Part shown: piece after piece, positions 19,443-29,509 of the stretch
Position numbering within the stretch: position 1 is the stretch's first letter
How the letters are laid out: each line of letters opens with the position of its first letter
Assembly (NCBI GenBank): GCA_965217865.1
Contig: CBDCJO010000002.1
Location: forward strand, 160,001 to 224,000
From: Candidatus Latescibacterota bacterium
GTDB taxonomy: Bacteria; Latescibacterota; UBA2968; SICM01
Reading direction: 5' to 3'
Length of the DNA: 64,000 nt
Notes under the pieces: generated by a model
What the model saw: only the letters and a program-made list of their open reading frames with translations
Database searches by the model: none
What the model was told of the DNA's origin: nothing
Made by a program: the position numbers and the translations under genes

Positions 19443-21323
19443 TGGGGAGCCATATTCCCATCCGCCAACTTAGGCGGTCGTCCGTTAACGCAAGACCCCG
19501 TGGGGCAACCTTTCGGGGTCTTGTCGCTTCTGCCGTATTCACAAACGCTTGTGCCACCTCTCCCCCTCTCTACCGGTTCTCTGTTTCGAAGCGTTTCCCC
19601 CGGTGTTCGAGCGCAACCGTGGGGGTTGCGTCCGCTGAGCAGAGATATCTCTTCCGGATTCTCCGATTCTCTGTTTTTCCCGTCGGCCTTGTTTAACAGC
19701 CCGGTTGCGTCCTTTCGACGTTTCGGAAGGTTCCTCCGGCAAGTATTCACCGGAAGCCGGACCGGCAGGTCCGGTCACCAGCTTACGAGCAGATCACCGG
19801 ACAGCAGAGGCGGCCGTGCGCCCGGAGTCCGAAACCGTAGCTGGCGCAGCCCCCAGTCCCAGCCCGAGCGACGCCTTCTCCGGCGATTTTAGCAAGGCTT
19901 ATCAAAGGCGCGCACGGTTCCCCCAAGGCGTGCGGGGAGATCCGTAAGGCCCGGTTCGTGGCCGCCTCTACGAGGGCTCTCCAGCATGGAATCCACACCT
20001 GGCGATCATGTTCAGGGACGAGCGGCCGGGGAAACGATAGGAGGGGAACGCGATGCCGCAGAACCCAACGCTGGAGGAGCGGCGTCTGCTGACGTTGCGC
20101 CTGCGCATCGCGGGCTGGAGCTATCGCGAGATCGCGACACGGGTCGGAGTGTCCCCGACGCAGGTCTTCCATCTCAGCAAGGAGAAACCATGAGTAAAGA
20201 CAAACTAGTACCAACCTGCGAAAATTCGCGTAATCTGATTGCCTAGCAAAAACAGGATGTTAAAGGCGGATTTGCACGCATAAACTTGTGCAGCTAAGTA
20301 CTAGAAGACGCCGCAAAGAAAAGGTTGAGAGAAGAAACTGAGCCGGTCGAGCGCAGCGATGCGCCGGGGAAGAAACCGGAGAAGCCGGAGAATCCAGGGG
20401 GATTCAGGGACCTGTTCGAGGATATGTGGGGTCACTTCGAGAACCCCCAGGATTCAAAAAAAAGGAAAATGCGATGAGTTCGGTAGTTTGGGACAGAGAC
20501 AACCTGATCCAAAAAGTCGGAGGCAACGTCGAAGAACTGGGGCATGTGAAGTACGACCAGCACTCGAACGGGTACGTCCTTTGGCTTAAGGACACACGCG
20601 ACGTGTTCGGCACCAACAAAGGGTACATACGAGGCGACTCCTTCCCGTCGATGAAGGATGCCAAGCAGCACGCCGCTCTCTCCAAGTCCGCTTGGCTTTT
20701 GCACTACATGTGGATGGTCGGCCTGCGCGACGACGGAAATAAAACCGGCAAAGACGTTACCCAGGGCATAGAAGATTCCGAAAGCGGTAAGCCGCTGACG
20801 GTGTCAACGTTCAAGGAAGAAATGGACAAGCTCACGGACAATCTAGATAGGGCGGAGAAAGAAGCAAGCGAGAAAGAAAGAAAATCCGTAAAGCGAGATA
20901 TTTGCTTTTTCGTCGCCGGACTTGGCATCGGATTGGTCGGAATTTTTGTATAATTTCCGTCCAAAGGTATTGCCAATCGAATCTCTCCTGCAATACCGTT
21001 TCGCAACGTCCAAGCTTTTGAAAACCCGTCTCGGGTCGGATCGTAGTTACAGGCGCATGATGGAAGTTCAGGCCCGGCAACTGTGACGCTGTCGGAAGCT
21101 GCGGCGAAGGAACCGACGCGTGAGGAGATTGCCCCGGAGTTGCCCCCCAATGTATGAAGTGGGCGAAAAGGAACCGCACAGGCTGTACGGCTGGTCCGTC
21201 TTGACCGCCGACCTGCTCGACAAGGCCCTTCATCTCACGAATGAGCGCAGCTGCTTCCCGCCGCTCTGCTTTGCCTGGGGTTGTTCCTCCAATTTCGATT
21301 GAATCCTTCCCCCACCGAGCTTG
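19443..21323 (+). repeat. ~1.88-kb direct repeat, copy 1
   Basis: Near-identical to 59621..61502; I noticed two substitutions and one 1-bp indel. Confidence 0.95.
20474..20953 (+). CDS. hypothetical protein with coiled coil and C-terminal TM helix (copy 1)
   Basis: 159 aa from ATG 20474; ends CFFVAGLGIGLVGIFV. Confidence 0.7.
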   Translation: MSSVVWDRDNLIQKVGGNVEELGHVKYDQHSNGYVLWLKDTRDVFGTNKGYIRGDSFPSMKDAKQHAALSKSAWLLHYMWMVGLRDDGNKTGKDVTQGIEDSESGKPLTVSTFKEEMDKLTDNLDRAEKEASEKERKSVKRDICFFVAGLGIGLVGIFV

Positions 21324-21602
21324 GGCGATCTCGATGGCTTCGGTCTGGTGCCGGTATAACACGAGGCGCCGGAAGATCTTTCCGCATTCCGGGTCGAGAG
21401 TGCCGTGTGACACAAGTTCGTCGACGGACCCACCCGGTACGAAGTTCGGGTTCAACTGGATGAGCGGGACGGGCCAGAAACGGCCACCGGCGTAAGCCTC
21501 GTCGACGGCTTGGTCGATGTCTGCCGCGCGGATGTTGGTGAAGCTTCGAGAAAAGCGTTCGTATTCTGAAATGAGTTCCTCACGGAAAGCGAAGACGTCC
21601 AT
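21324..21602 (-). pseudogene. N-terminal fragment of a large DEAD/DEAH (DUF1998-type) helicase
   Basis: MDVFAFREELISEYERFSRSF...WPVPLIQLNPNF...LYRHQTEAI. Confidence 0.7.
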
Positions 21603-21699
21603 CAGGCACCCTCCCCTCGCTCGAAGCGCTCAAGCACCTCAACCAGGTCAGTCAACGGCACCGCCATCTCGAACTATTGTACCGGTCCTCCGAAGCAGC

Positions 21700-22119
21700 C
21701 GCGGCAGCGTATCACTTGGAGAATACCTGCAGCTCCTGAAGGAGAAACTCGACCTGGAAAGAAAGGGAAAGGCTCTCGCGTCTTTCCTAGGTGTTGAATC
21801 TGATTTGATTCCAAAGTTAGAGACAAATACGGTCTCAATAGTGTCAATACCATTGCGTGAATTATATTCCATGGGTCGTAGCATAGGACTGAATACTGGC
21901 ACCTACCTTGAACTTCTTAGGAAGTCACATAGGCTTCACAACATCGGACCTAGATATAAAGGAGCTGCCAGGTATGATTCTAGGGAGGGAACCAAAGGGA
22001 AGGAGCAATCAATGAAAATCGCCTATGAGGAGCTGCTTCTCAAAGGTAAAGCAGAAGAAAGAGATAATGATCTGGAATCGCATCTGCACGCTCTGAGAGA
22101 GATGTTGGAAAAGAGCTAA
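21700..22119 (+). pseudogene. 3' part of an HTH-like protein preceding ImmA/IrrE
   Basis: SLGEYLQLLKEK...LASFLGVESDLIPKLE. The 5' part of ORF 21517 is antisense to the helicase fragment, so it is chimeric. Confidence 0.45.
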
Positions 22120-22610
22120 TGGAAGAACTCCCAAGGAAAAGAACAGGCTACTGCAGGATGGCAGCGCGGAGTCTGCTTTCGAGATACAGCAAAGGAGCAG
22201 GTGATATCAGACCGCCAATTCCTGTCTGTGATATAGCTAAGTTTAATGGCTATAAGGTGGTGCTCCTTGAAACACTGACGGACAAACACTCGGCCATTGT
22301 GGACTTGCATGAGAAACTTATTGGAGTGAATAAGAAGCATCACTCACACAGGAGAAGGTTCTCCATAGGCCACGAACTCGGCCACATCTATCTTGAACAT
22401 CCTTCGGAAGACGAGCAATCTGAAGAGGAAGTGAAGTATTTTAACCTCGAAGCGAACGAATTCGCCGGTGAGCTACTTGTACCTCTACATTATCTGAAAC
22501 TCGAATTAAAGCAATGCAAGAATATGGATCAGCTTGCGAATCATTTCAACGTGAGTCCCGAAGTGGTATTCAGGAGGATCTCTTCCCAAGGGCTGTTGTC
22601 ATACATATAG
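22119..22610 (+). CDS. ImmA/IrrE-family metallopeptidase
   Basis: RRRFSIGHELGH...EANEFAGELLVP. Confidence 0.9.
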   Translation: MEELPRKRTGYCRMAARSLLSRYSKGAGDIRPPIPVCDIAKFNGYKVVLLETLTDKHSAIVDLHEKLIGVNKKHHSHRRRFSIGHELGHIYLEHPSEDEQSEEEVKYFNLEANEFAGELLVPLHYLKLELKQCKNMDQLANHFNVSPEVVFRRISSQGLLSYI

Positions 22611-22637
22611 TCTTGTAAATTAGTTAGTTAATGGGAT

Positions 22638-22675
22638 AAGGCCGCGTTCTCTCGGGAGCGCGGCCGTTCCTTTTG
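22638..22675 (+). terminator. intrinsic terminator
   Basis: GGCCGCGTTCTC-TCG-GGAGCGCGGCC hairpin followed by a T-rich tract. Confidence 0.6.
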
Positions 22676-23165
22676 TCCGGGGTGTAACCCGGTTTCGTTT
22701 ATATAAGTATAAGGTTCGGAAACCGCCGCGACAAGAACAACACCATGCTGGCCGAAATTGCATCCGGAAGATTTCCGGCAAAAGTGGATAAGGTAGACAG
22801 CGTCACTTCCGCGCTGCCCTCATTTCTTCATCTGCGCGGCGACTCCCGAAGGCAGGCTGAGCCTTCGCTAAAGGACATCCATCGTCCGTTTCCGGGTTCC
22901 GCTCTCGCAATCGATTAACTGAATGTCGGGACGGATCCAGCAATAGAGCTTCGAAAGGGCGGCCGCGGTTCGTACGGCCGAGGGGTACTGCCACTATACG
23001 GAGATCATGCCGGACGAGCCGGGGTTCAGGCCGGATTTCGTGGTGGCCGGCAGCACGGAGCGCGGGAATTCACCGCCGCCTCGGCGAACATCGGATCGCT
23101 ATGATGCGCAATAGGATCGAGTTGTTCGAATTCCCCTTAACTTTCCACAACCGGAGAAACAACCT

Positions 23166-23414
23166 ATGAATGGTGACACGCAAATTATCGTGAGTGGTCG
23201 TGAGTACAAGGTCTCTGGCAATGTCGTGACCTACGAGCAGGTCGTGAAGATCTGGAACGAGCTCCATGATGCAGAGAACAAGCACATCATCGGCACGCCC
23301 GGCATCGACTACGAAGACAGCCTGAAAGGCGAGGACGGTGTCCTCCTGCCGGGCAAGGACGTTGAAGTCAAGGACGGCACGAGCTTCTCGGTAGACCCCG
23401 AGCATGTCTCGTGA
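23166..23414 (+). CDS. single-domain ubiquitin-like (multi-ubiquitin-domain family) protein
   Basis: IIVSGREYKV...VTYEQVV...LLPGKDVEVKDGTSFSV; ends in Ser. Confidence 0.7.
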   Translation: MNGDTQIIVSGREYKVSGNVVTYEQVVKIWNELHDAENKHIIGTPGIDYEDSLKGEDGVLLPGKDVEVKDGTSFSVDPEHVS

Positions 23415-24592
23415 GGGACCGTCTCTCCACGTTCGCTGAGCAGGCCGGGTTTGCCGTCAGGGTCGATTCCGACGTCGTCCTGGCCGTCCGGGTTCCTTGT
23501 CTGCTTGCAGACGGGGTTGTTGGCACTTGTACCATTGAGAAGTCCTACGACCCTATGAACGGGAAACCGAATGACCGGATAGGTGGCGCAGTCCATGCGG
23601 TGCGGATCACCGCTGACGAAGAGCACGACGGGCGCGTGTACCACGCGGACGGGAACCCGATTGAGAGCTACATCGCCGGCGACGGCAAGACCTGGTCGAA
23701 CATCTCCATCCGGAAAGGTAGCCAAAACAGCCCGGAGGAGGACGTGTCGGCGAGCGACTTGATCCACCGCTATGCGAAGCAGATCGTCGGGGCCGTGTCG
23801 GCGGACGGCTACTCCGAAACCGCTTCTCTCGGGAGGCGGGGTCCGTTCAAGATCCCGAACACTTTCGAGGCACGAGCGGCGATAGGCTCGGTTCAGGATC
23901 GCATCCGTGATCAGAGCATTGCGATCATCGGCTTGGGCGGAACGGGCGCCTACGTCCTAGACCTTATTGCGAAGACGCCAGTGGCGGAAATCCATCTTTT
24001 GGATTCCGACGACGTTGACTGGCACAACTTCATGCGCTCACCGGGCGCACCTACTGTCGAGGAGATTGAGTCGCGTCCCAAGGGGCGCCTGCGCAAAGTG
24101 GACTACTACCATTCCAAGTATGCCTCCCTCCGGGAAGGCATCCACCCGCACGCTGTTCGAGTGGACAGCCCGTCCATATTCGCCGAGTTTCTGTCGGCGC
24201 ATCCCGTCGACTATGTCTTCGTGTGTATCGACCAACTGACCGACGGCGATTCGCCGCGTCAGAACGTCGTCTACTGCGCGCTCTCAGCGGCGGAGGTCCC
24301 GTTCATAGACTCGGGTGTGAGCATTACGCTGGAAGACCACGCCGTCAGAGGGGCTGTGACGACGAGCGCCTATGCCGCAGGCTCTCGCGCGTGGAAGGAT
24401 GCCATTCCGAATGCCAGAGTCGAGGGCAATGTCCCCGGCTACCGCAACGTCCAGCTGCCGGAAGTGAACGCGTTGGCGGCGTCGCTTGCCGTGATGGAGT
24501 GGCGGCGTCGCACGGAACAGTATGTTTCGGGGTCGGCTTCGTTCCTCCACAAGTTCCGGCTCGAGACGCCGCGCATTGTCACAGCAGACTGA
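23411..24592 (+). CDS. ThiF/E1-like adenylyltransferase with N-terminal DUF6791-like domain
   Basis: IAIIGLGGTGAYVLD, HNFMRSPGA, FVCID, YRNVQLPEVNALAA; GTGA overlap with the Ubl gene. Confidence 0.85.
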   Translation: MRDRLSTFAEQAGFAVRVDSDVVLAVRVPCLLADGVVGTCTIEKSYDPMNGKPNDRIGGAVHAVRITADEEHDGRVYHADGNPIESYIAGDGKTWSNISIRKGSQNSPEEDVSASDLIHRYAKQIVGAVSADGYSETASLGRRGPFKIPNTFEARAAIGSVQDRIRDQSIAIIGLGGTGAYVLDLIAKTPVAEIHLLDSDDVDWHNFMRSPGAPTVEEIESRPKGRLRKVDYYHSKYASLREGIHPHAVRVDSPSIFAEFLSAHPVDYVFVCIDQLTDGDSPRQNVVYCALSAAEVPFIDSGVSITLEDHAVRGAVTTSAYAAGSRAWKDAIPNARVEGNVPGYRNVQLPEVNALAASLAVMEWRRRTEQYVSGSASFLHKFRLETPRIVTAD

Positions 24593-24601
24593 CTCGCAGG
24601 A

Positions 24602-25027
24602 ATGACGCCCGTGAAACTCCGCCCCGTCTTCGTAGACGTATTGCCCGATTTTGACGCAATCAAAGCCGGTGAGCTCTGGATTAGCCACAAGTACCGGACT
24701 GTCAACCTGCGCTGCCCCTGCGGTTGCGGCGATCTGACAGTGCTGTCTCTCCACCCAAGCCGCTGGCACGTTCATTTCGATGGCAAGTCGGTCTCTCTGG
24801 ACGGTCCTAGGGGTGGGTCCGTGTGGGCCAATTCCGGCTGCGGCAGCCACTACTTCATAAGGAACAACGCTGTCATTTGGGCGCGTAGAATCGATCCAGG
24901 CCGTCATTCGGAGTATGCCCAAGTCGAACGGACGCGGCTGATTGCGTCTCAACGGAGCCGTCTGGCTTGGCGCTCCTGGCTCAAAGGTGTTTTCCGCTGT
25001 CTGTCGCTAGGGAGTTGGCGTAAGTAG
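24602..25027 (+). CDS. DUF6527-family protein
   Basis: GELWIS..Y.TVNLRCPCGCG...SVW..SGCGSHYFIR. Confidence 0.8.
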   Translation: MTPVKLRPVFVDVLPDFDAIKAGELWISHKYRTVNLRCPCGCGDLTVLSLHPSRWHVHFDGKSVSLDGPRGGSVWANSGCGSHYFIRNNAVIWARRIDPGRHSEYAQVERTRLIASQRSRLAWRSWLKGVFRCLSLGSWRK

Positions 25028-25111
25028 AGCGCCGCATTTCTTCTGGGTTGACCAGACGCGTGACCCGCGAGTGTGTGCTTGATTGCGTTCTAGTCGGTAC
25101 GTACATTGGGG

Positions 25112-25412
25112 TGATATGACCCGGGAAAAGTGAACAGTGGTTTAAGCCGCTTTCTGCAGCGATAGGCGTTCAAAAAGGGCCGGGGACACATAGTCCAGGT
25201 AAGCGTGCAGCCGCTGATTGTTGTAAAACATTTCGATGTACTCGAAGAGTTCGCGCTCTGCATGATCGAGGTCGATCAAGTCGACGTGATACAGCCATTC
25301 GGTCTTCAAGGTTTTGAAGAATGACTCGGAGACGGCATTGTCCCAGCAATCGGCCTTCTTGCTCATGCTTTGAACAAACTGATGCGCGTCGACGGCCTTT
25401 CGGAAGCCATCG
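25112..25412 (-). mobile_element. IS3-family right-end fragment, copy 2
   Basis: MSKKADCWDNAVSESFF...; terminal TGATATGACCCGGGAAAAGTG. Confidence 0.85.
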
Positions 25413-25820
25413 CTACAGCCGATTGGCCGGAGGACTTCGCGAATGGCACCGCTCGACAGATATCAATTGGCGGACGACAGGTTTCGGTTATATTTGAGAA
25501 GGTTGGTGACATCCCCTGATCTCAGGGCATCACTCTTGAGAAGTTCGGGCTAGTTACGCCCCACCCTCCGGGAGCAGCACCAAGGGCGTCACGGAGGGAT
25601 CGGAAACCAGTATCTCTTGGAAGGCGACCTTTTCAACACGGTCGGGGGTGGAGACCGTCCGCTCAAACGGGCTCAACGAAGTCAATCATCGTTTGGATGC
25701 CGCGCTGCAATCCTCCCCGCTTTCACAACACTATGATGACGAGGACTCATTCCAAGCTCTTCATGGAATGTCGACTTGTCGACCGGTCGAATAACCACCA
25801 CGCGACGCGAAAACAGGTCT

Positions 25821-28800
25821 ATGAATACAACCAGATACAGCCATCCCTCCTCAAGTGTGTTGCGCGCATGCCTGTTCGCATTGGTCTGTCTCACCTTCTC
25901 GTCTGTCGGGGGATATGCTTCTCCTCAGCCATCGGAAGCCGACAACGTGCATTTTTGCCGACCCCTCGATTTTGAAGAAACGAGAGACCGCGATAGCTCC
26001 TATGCCGCTCGCAAGCAGGCGTTTGACTTGAATGTTGGGGAACCCCGCACCGTACGGATGATCTACTTCTTGCCCAATGACCGCCCGTTTCGCGCAGAAG
26101 TGGTTCAGCGGATGAAAGATGAGATTCGCCAGATTCAGGCCTTCTATGCAGAACAGATGCAGGCGCACGGATACGGGAACAAAACCTTCCGCATTGAAAC
26201 GGATGCGCAGGGCGAGCCGATGGTTCATCACGTGGATGGTCAACACCCCGATAGTCACTATCTTGACAACACATTCCAGGCTATGAATGACGAGATTGAA
26301 CAGGTGTTTGATCGTGATGCGAACATTTACTTCACCGTCATTGACAATAGTATAGATGGAATTCGTACTGGGCGTGTTTGGAATGCGGGAGGAACAGGAG
26401 GCGACCGGGGAAAAAATGCTGGCTTTGTGTTGGTTCCTGGGGGATTTAGCTTCAGGACGGCGGCACATGAACTTGGACATGCTTTCAGATTGAAGCACGA
26501 TTTCAACGATGATACGTACATCATGTCGTATGGCGGCGGCCAGCGACGCTCTCTATCTGCGTGCAATGCCGAATTTTTGGCTGTGCATCCCTACTTCGAT
26601 CCCAGTGTTGAAGCGCAAGAAGCTCCGCCGCCGACAATCGAACTCATTTCACAGACCGGCTATCCGGCAGGCTCAAGAAGCGTCTCCGTTCAACTCGAAG
26701 TCAGCGACCCGGAAGGACTTCACCAAGTGCTCCTGTTCGTTAGAACAAGAGAAACACACTACGCCGCCGGATCGCTTGAAGTGAAGGCGTGTCGTGGATT
26801 GAAGGGCGCAAGAGAAGCCGTCGTTGAATTTGATTATAACGGTGTTATCCCATCTGATGGTTTGACGAGTCTTTCCAACCCTGACGCGCATCCGATTCAT
26901 GTCGAGGCCGTTGATACGGATGGGAATGTGGGCTATGCGTATTTTACCCTTGTGAAAATTTCGCCACAACATATCGCCACCCTGGGGGGGCATACGCGTT
27001 TTGTCCGATCTGTTGCGTTTTCACCCGATGGCACGACCCTCGCTTCGGGGTCACAGGATAGCACAGTCAAGCTGTGGAATGTTGCGACACGAACAAATAT
27101 CGCCACCCTGGGACACACGCATTTGGTTCGTTCTGTGGCATTTTCACCCGACGGAACAACCCTCGCTTCAGGGTCGAATGATGAAGCAGTTAAGCTGTGG
27201 GACATTGCGACACGAACAAACATCGCCACCCTTGAGGGGCATACGCGTGTTGTCCGATCTGTTGCGTTTTCACCCGATGGCACAACACTCGCTTCAGGGG
27301 CAGCGAGCGAAATCAAGCTATGGGACGTGGCGACAGGACGCAATATCGCCACCCTTGGGCATCCGTATATTGTCGACGCTGTTGCGTTCTCGCCCGATGG
27401 AACAACGCTCGCTTCAGGATCGGATGATGAAACGGTCAAGCTGTGGGACATTGCAACGCGAACAAATATCGCTACCCTGGAGGGGCATAAGTCCTGGGTC
27501 AATTCGGTGTCGTTTTCACCCGACGGGACAACGCTCGCTTCAGGATCGGATGATGAAACGGTCAAGCTGTGGGACATTGCAACGCGAACAAATATCGCCA
27601 CCCTTGAGGGGCATAAGTCTTCTGTCCGTTCTGTTGCGTTCTCGCCCAATGGCACGACCCTCGCTTCGGGGTCACGGGATAACGCTTCAGGGTCATTGGA
27701 TAACACGGTCAAGCTGTGGGACGTGGCGACGGGACAAAATATCGCGACTTATAGGCATAGGGATAAGCATTCTGGTCAGGTGCAATCTGTCTATTCTGTA
27801 GCGTTTTCACCCAATGGCACGACCCTCGCCTCGGGGGCAGGGTCTTGGGATGGGAATGGCACGGTCATTCTGTGGGATGTATCTGGGCGGTTACGACCCC
27901 GTCCTCGAACGCTTGTGAAAATCTCAGGCGACAACCAGCAGGGCACGCCCGGTGCCGCGTTGTCGAACCCCATGGTCGTTGAAGTGAACGATCAGTACGA
28001 TCATCCCTTACCGGGTGCGCAAATCATGTTTACGGTCACCGCGGGCGAGGGGAGGCTCAGCGGGAGATTCACTGTCGAGCACGCAAAGACCGGTGCCAAC
28101 GGCAGAGCAGAGAACACTCTGACACTTGGGAGCATTCCGGGGCCGAACACCGTTGAGGTATCTGTCACTGGACTTGAGCCTGTGACCTTCAACGCTGTGG
28201 GAGTTGGAACGTCCACCACATCAATCATGGGTGGTGATTATCGGACATGGCATTTACCCGATGGCGCAATAATCCGCCTGGGAAAAGGACGCATTGGTGA
28301 GGGCGACAGGGCAGTGGCGTTTTCGCCGGATGGTCAACGCCTCGCCGTGGCAAGTGGTATCGGTGTCTGGCTTTACGATGTGGCGACCTCTCGTGAACTC
28401 GCGCTATTCACCGGACACACGGGTGATGTCAGGACCGTGGCGTTCTCTCCCAATGGCACGATGCTGGCTTCCGGGTCTTATAATCACACAGGGTCACGAG
28501 ATAGTGGTACGCTCAATCTGTGGAACGTGGCGACAGGAGAAAATATCGCCACCCTTGGGGGGTACAACCGCACTTGGCGGGAGTCTGTCCAGTCTGTGGC
28601 GTTCTCACCCGACGGCACAACACTCGCCTCGGGGTCTCATGGTGATATCAAGCTATGGGACGTAGCGACACGGACAAATATCGCCACCCTTGAGGAGCAT
28701 ACGGAGTGGGTCTTTTCTGTGGCATTTTCACCCGATGGCACAACACTCGCCTCGGGATCACAGGACCGCACGGTTAAACTGTGGGATGTGGCGACGCGAA

Positions 28801-29318
28801 CAAATACCGCTACCCTGAGGCATGGGACTGGGGACGAGGGCATCATCCGTTCTGTTGCGTTCTCACCCGACGGCACAACACTCGCCTCGGGAGCGTGGGC
28901 TAAAACGGTCAAACTGTGGAACGTGACGACAGGAGAAAATATCGCCACACTAAAGCATCATACGTATAATGTCGAGGCCGTGGCGTTTTCACCCGATGGG
29001 ACGACACTCGCTTCAGGGTCTTATGATGATGTCAACCTATGGGACGTAGCGACGGGAGTAAATATCGCCACCCTTGCACATACGAGTACGGCTTTTTCTG
29101 TGGCGTTCTCACCAGACGGCACAATGCTCGCTGCAGGATTACGGGATGATGGAACGGTCAGACTATGGAATTTCACAACACAAAACATCGCCATACTAAG
29201 GCATAGTACCAGGGTTGAATCTGTTGCGTTTTCACCCGATTCCAGTACATTCGGTTTGAAAAGGAAAACGCTCAATGCGTTGGATTCTCGGGCGGGCCGC
29301 TATATCTTATGTCCGTGA
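25821..29318 (+). CDS. secreted Zn-metalloprotease + WD40 beta-propeller + Ig-like protein; both termini chimeric
   Basis: HELGHAFRLKH; many VAFSPDGTTLASGS..TVKLW repeats; LVKISGDNQ Ig-like module. The repeat breaks off at ~29240. Confidence 0.85.
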   Translation: MNTTRYSHPSSSVLRACLFALVCLTFSSVGGYASPQPSEADNVHFCRPLDFEETRDRDSSYAARKQAFDLNVGEPRTVRMIYFLPNDRPFRAEVVQRMKDEIRQIQAFYAEQMQAHGYGNKTFRIETDAQGEPMVHHVDGQHPDSHYLDNTFQAMNDEIEQVFDRDANIYFTVIDNSIDGIRTGRVWNAGGTGGDRGKNAGFVLVPGGFSFRTAAHELGHAFRLKHDFNDDTYIMSYGGGQRRSLSACNAEFLAVHPYFDPSVEAQEAPPPTIELISQTGYPAGSRSVSVQLEVSDPEGLHQVLLFVRTRETHYAAGSLEVKACRGLKGAREAVVEFDYNGVIPSDGLTSLSNPDAHPIHVEAVDTDGNVGYAYFTLVKISPQHIATLGGHTRFVRSVAFSPDGTTLASGSQDSTVKLWNVATRTNIATLGHTHLVRSVAFSPDGTTLASGSNDEAVKLWDIATRTNIATLEGHTRVVRSVAFSPDGTTLASGAASEIKLWDVATGRNIATLGHPYIVDAVAFSPDGTTLASGSDDETVKLWDIATRTNIATLEGHKSWVNSVSFSPDGTTLASGSDDETVKLWDIATRTNIATLEGHKSSVRSVAFSPNGTTLASGSRDNASGSLDNTVKLWDVATGQNIATYRHRDKHSGQVQSVYSVAFSPNGTTLASGAGSWDGNGTVILWDVSGRLRPRPRTLVKISGDNQQGTPGAALSNPMVVEVNDQYDHPLPGAQIMFTVTAGEGRLSGRFTVEHAKTGANGRAENTLTLGSIPGPNTVEVSVTGLEPVTFNAVGVGTSTTSIMGGDYRTWHLPDGAIIRLGKGRIGEGDRAVAFSPDGQRLAVASGIGVWLYDVATSRELALFTGHTGDVRTVAFSPNGTMLASGSYNHTGSRDSGTLNLWNVATGENIATLGGYNRTWRESVQSVAFSPDGTTLASGSHGDIKLWDVATRTNIATLEEHTEWVFSVAFSPDGTTLASGSQDRTVKLWDVATRTNTATLRHGTGDEGIIRSVAFSPDGTTLASGAWAKTVKLWNVTTGENIATLKHHTYNVEAVAFSPDGTTLASGSYDDVNLWDVATGVNIATLAHTSTAFSVAFSPDGTMLAAGLRDDGTVRLWNFTTQNIAILRHSTRVESVAFSPDSSTFGLKRKTLNALDSRAGRYILCP

Positions 29319-29509
29319 GGTTCTTGTCCCGAGAGCGAAAAGTGGAGAAATAACGATAATTGTTGCTCGCAGGGCGCGGGACTGGGGTGTTCCGAATGGA
29401 AGACATATCATTGTGTACAGGTCATCTGAATCCCGTGGGCAACATCTATCACTTAATAGTCGAGGAGGAAAGGCCATTGCGAAAAGGCTTGGGATATGAC
29501 CATTCTCCT

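Noticed and set aside
19421-19467. Full tRNA gene
   Set aside because: Only 11-bp CCA-ending segments; no cloverleaf could be built.
19400-19750. Recurrent ORFs (19400..19750, 59440..59928, 3' part of 31491..32405)
   Set aside because: They read through the repeated non-coding element with variable ends and no protein motifs.
26970-29240. Regularly spaced ~120-bp DNA repeats resembling a CRISPR or DGR pattern
   Set aside because: They are in-frame WD40 coding repeats; no reverse transcriptase or adenine-specific TR/VR pattern was seen.
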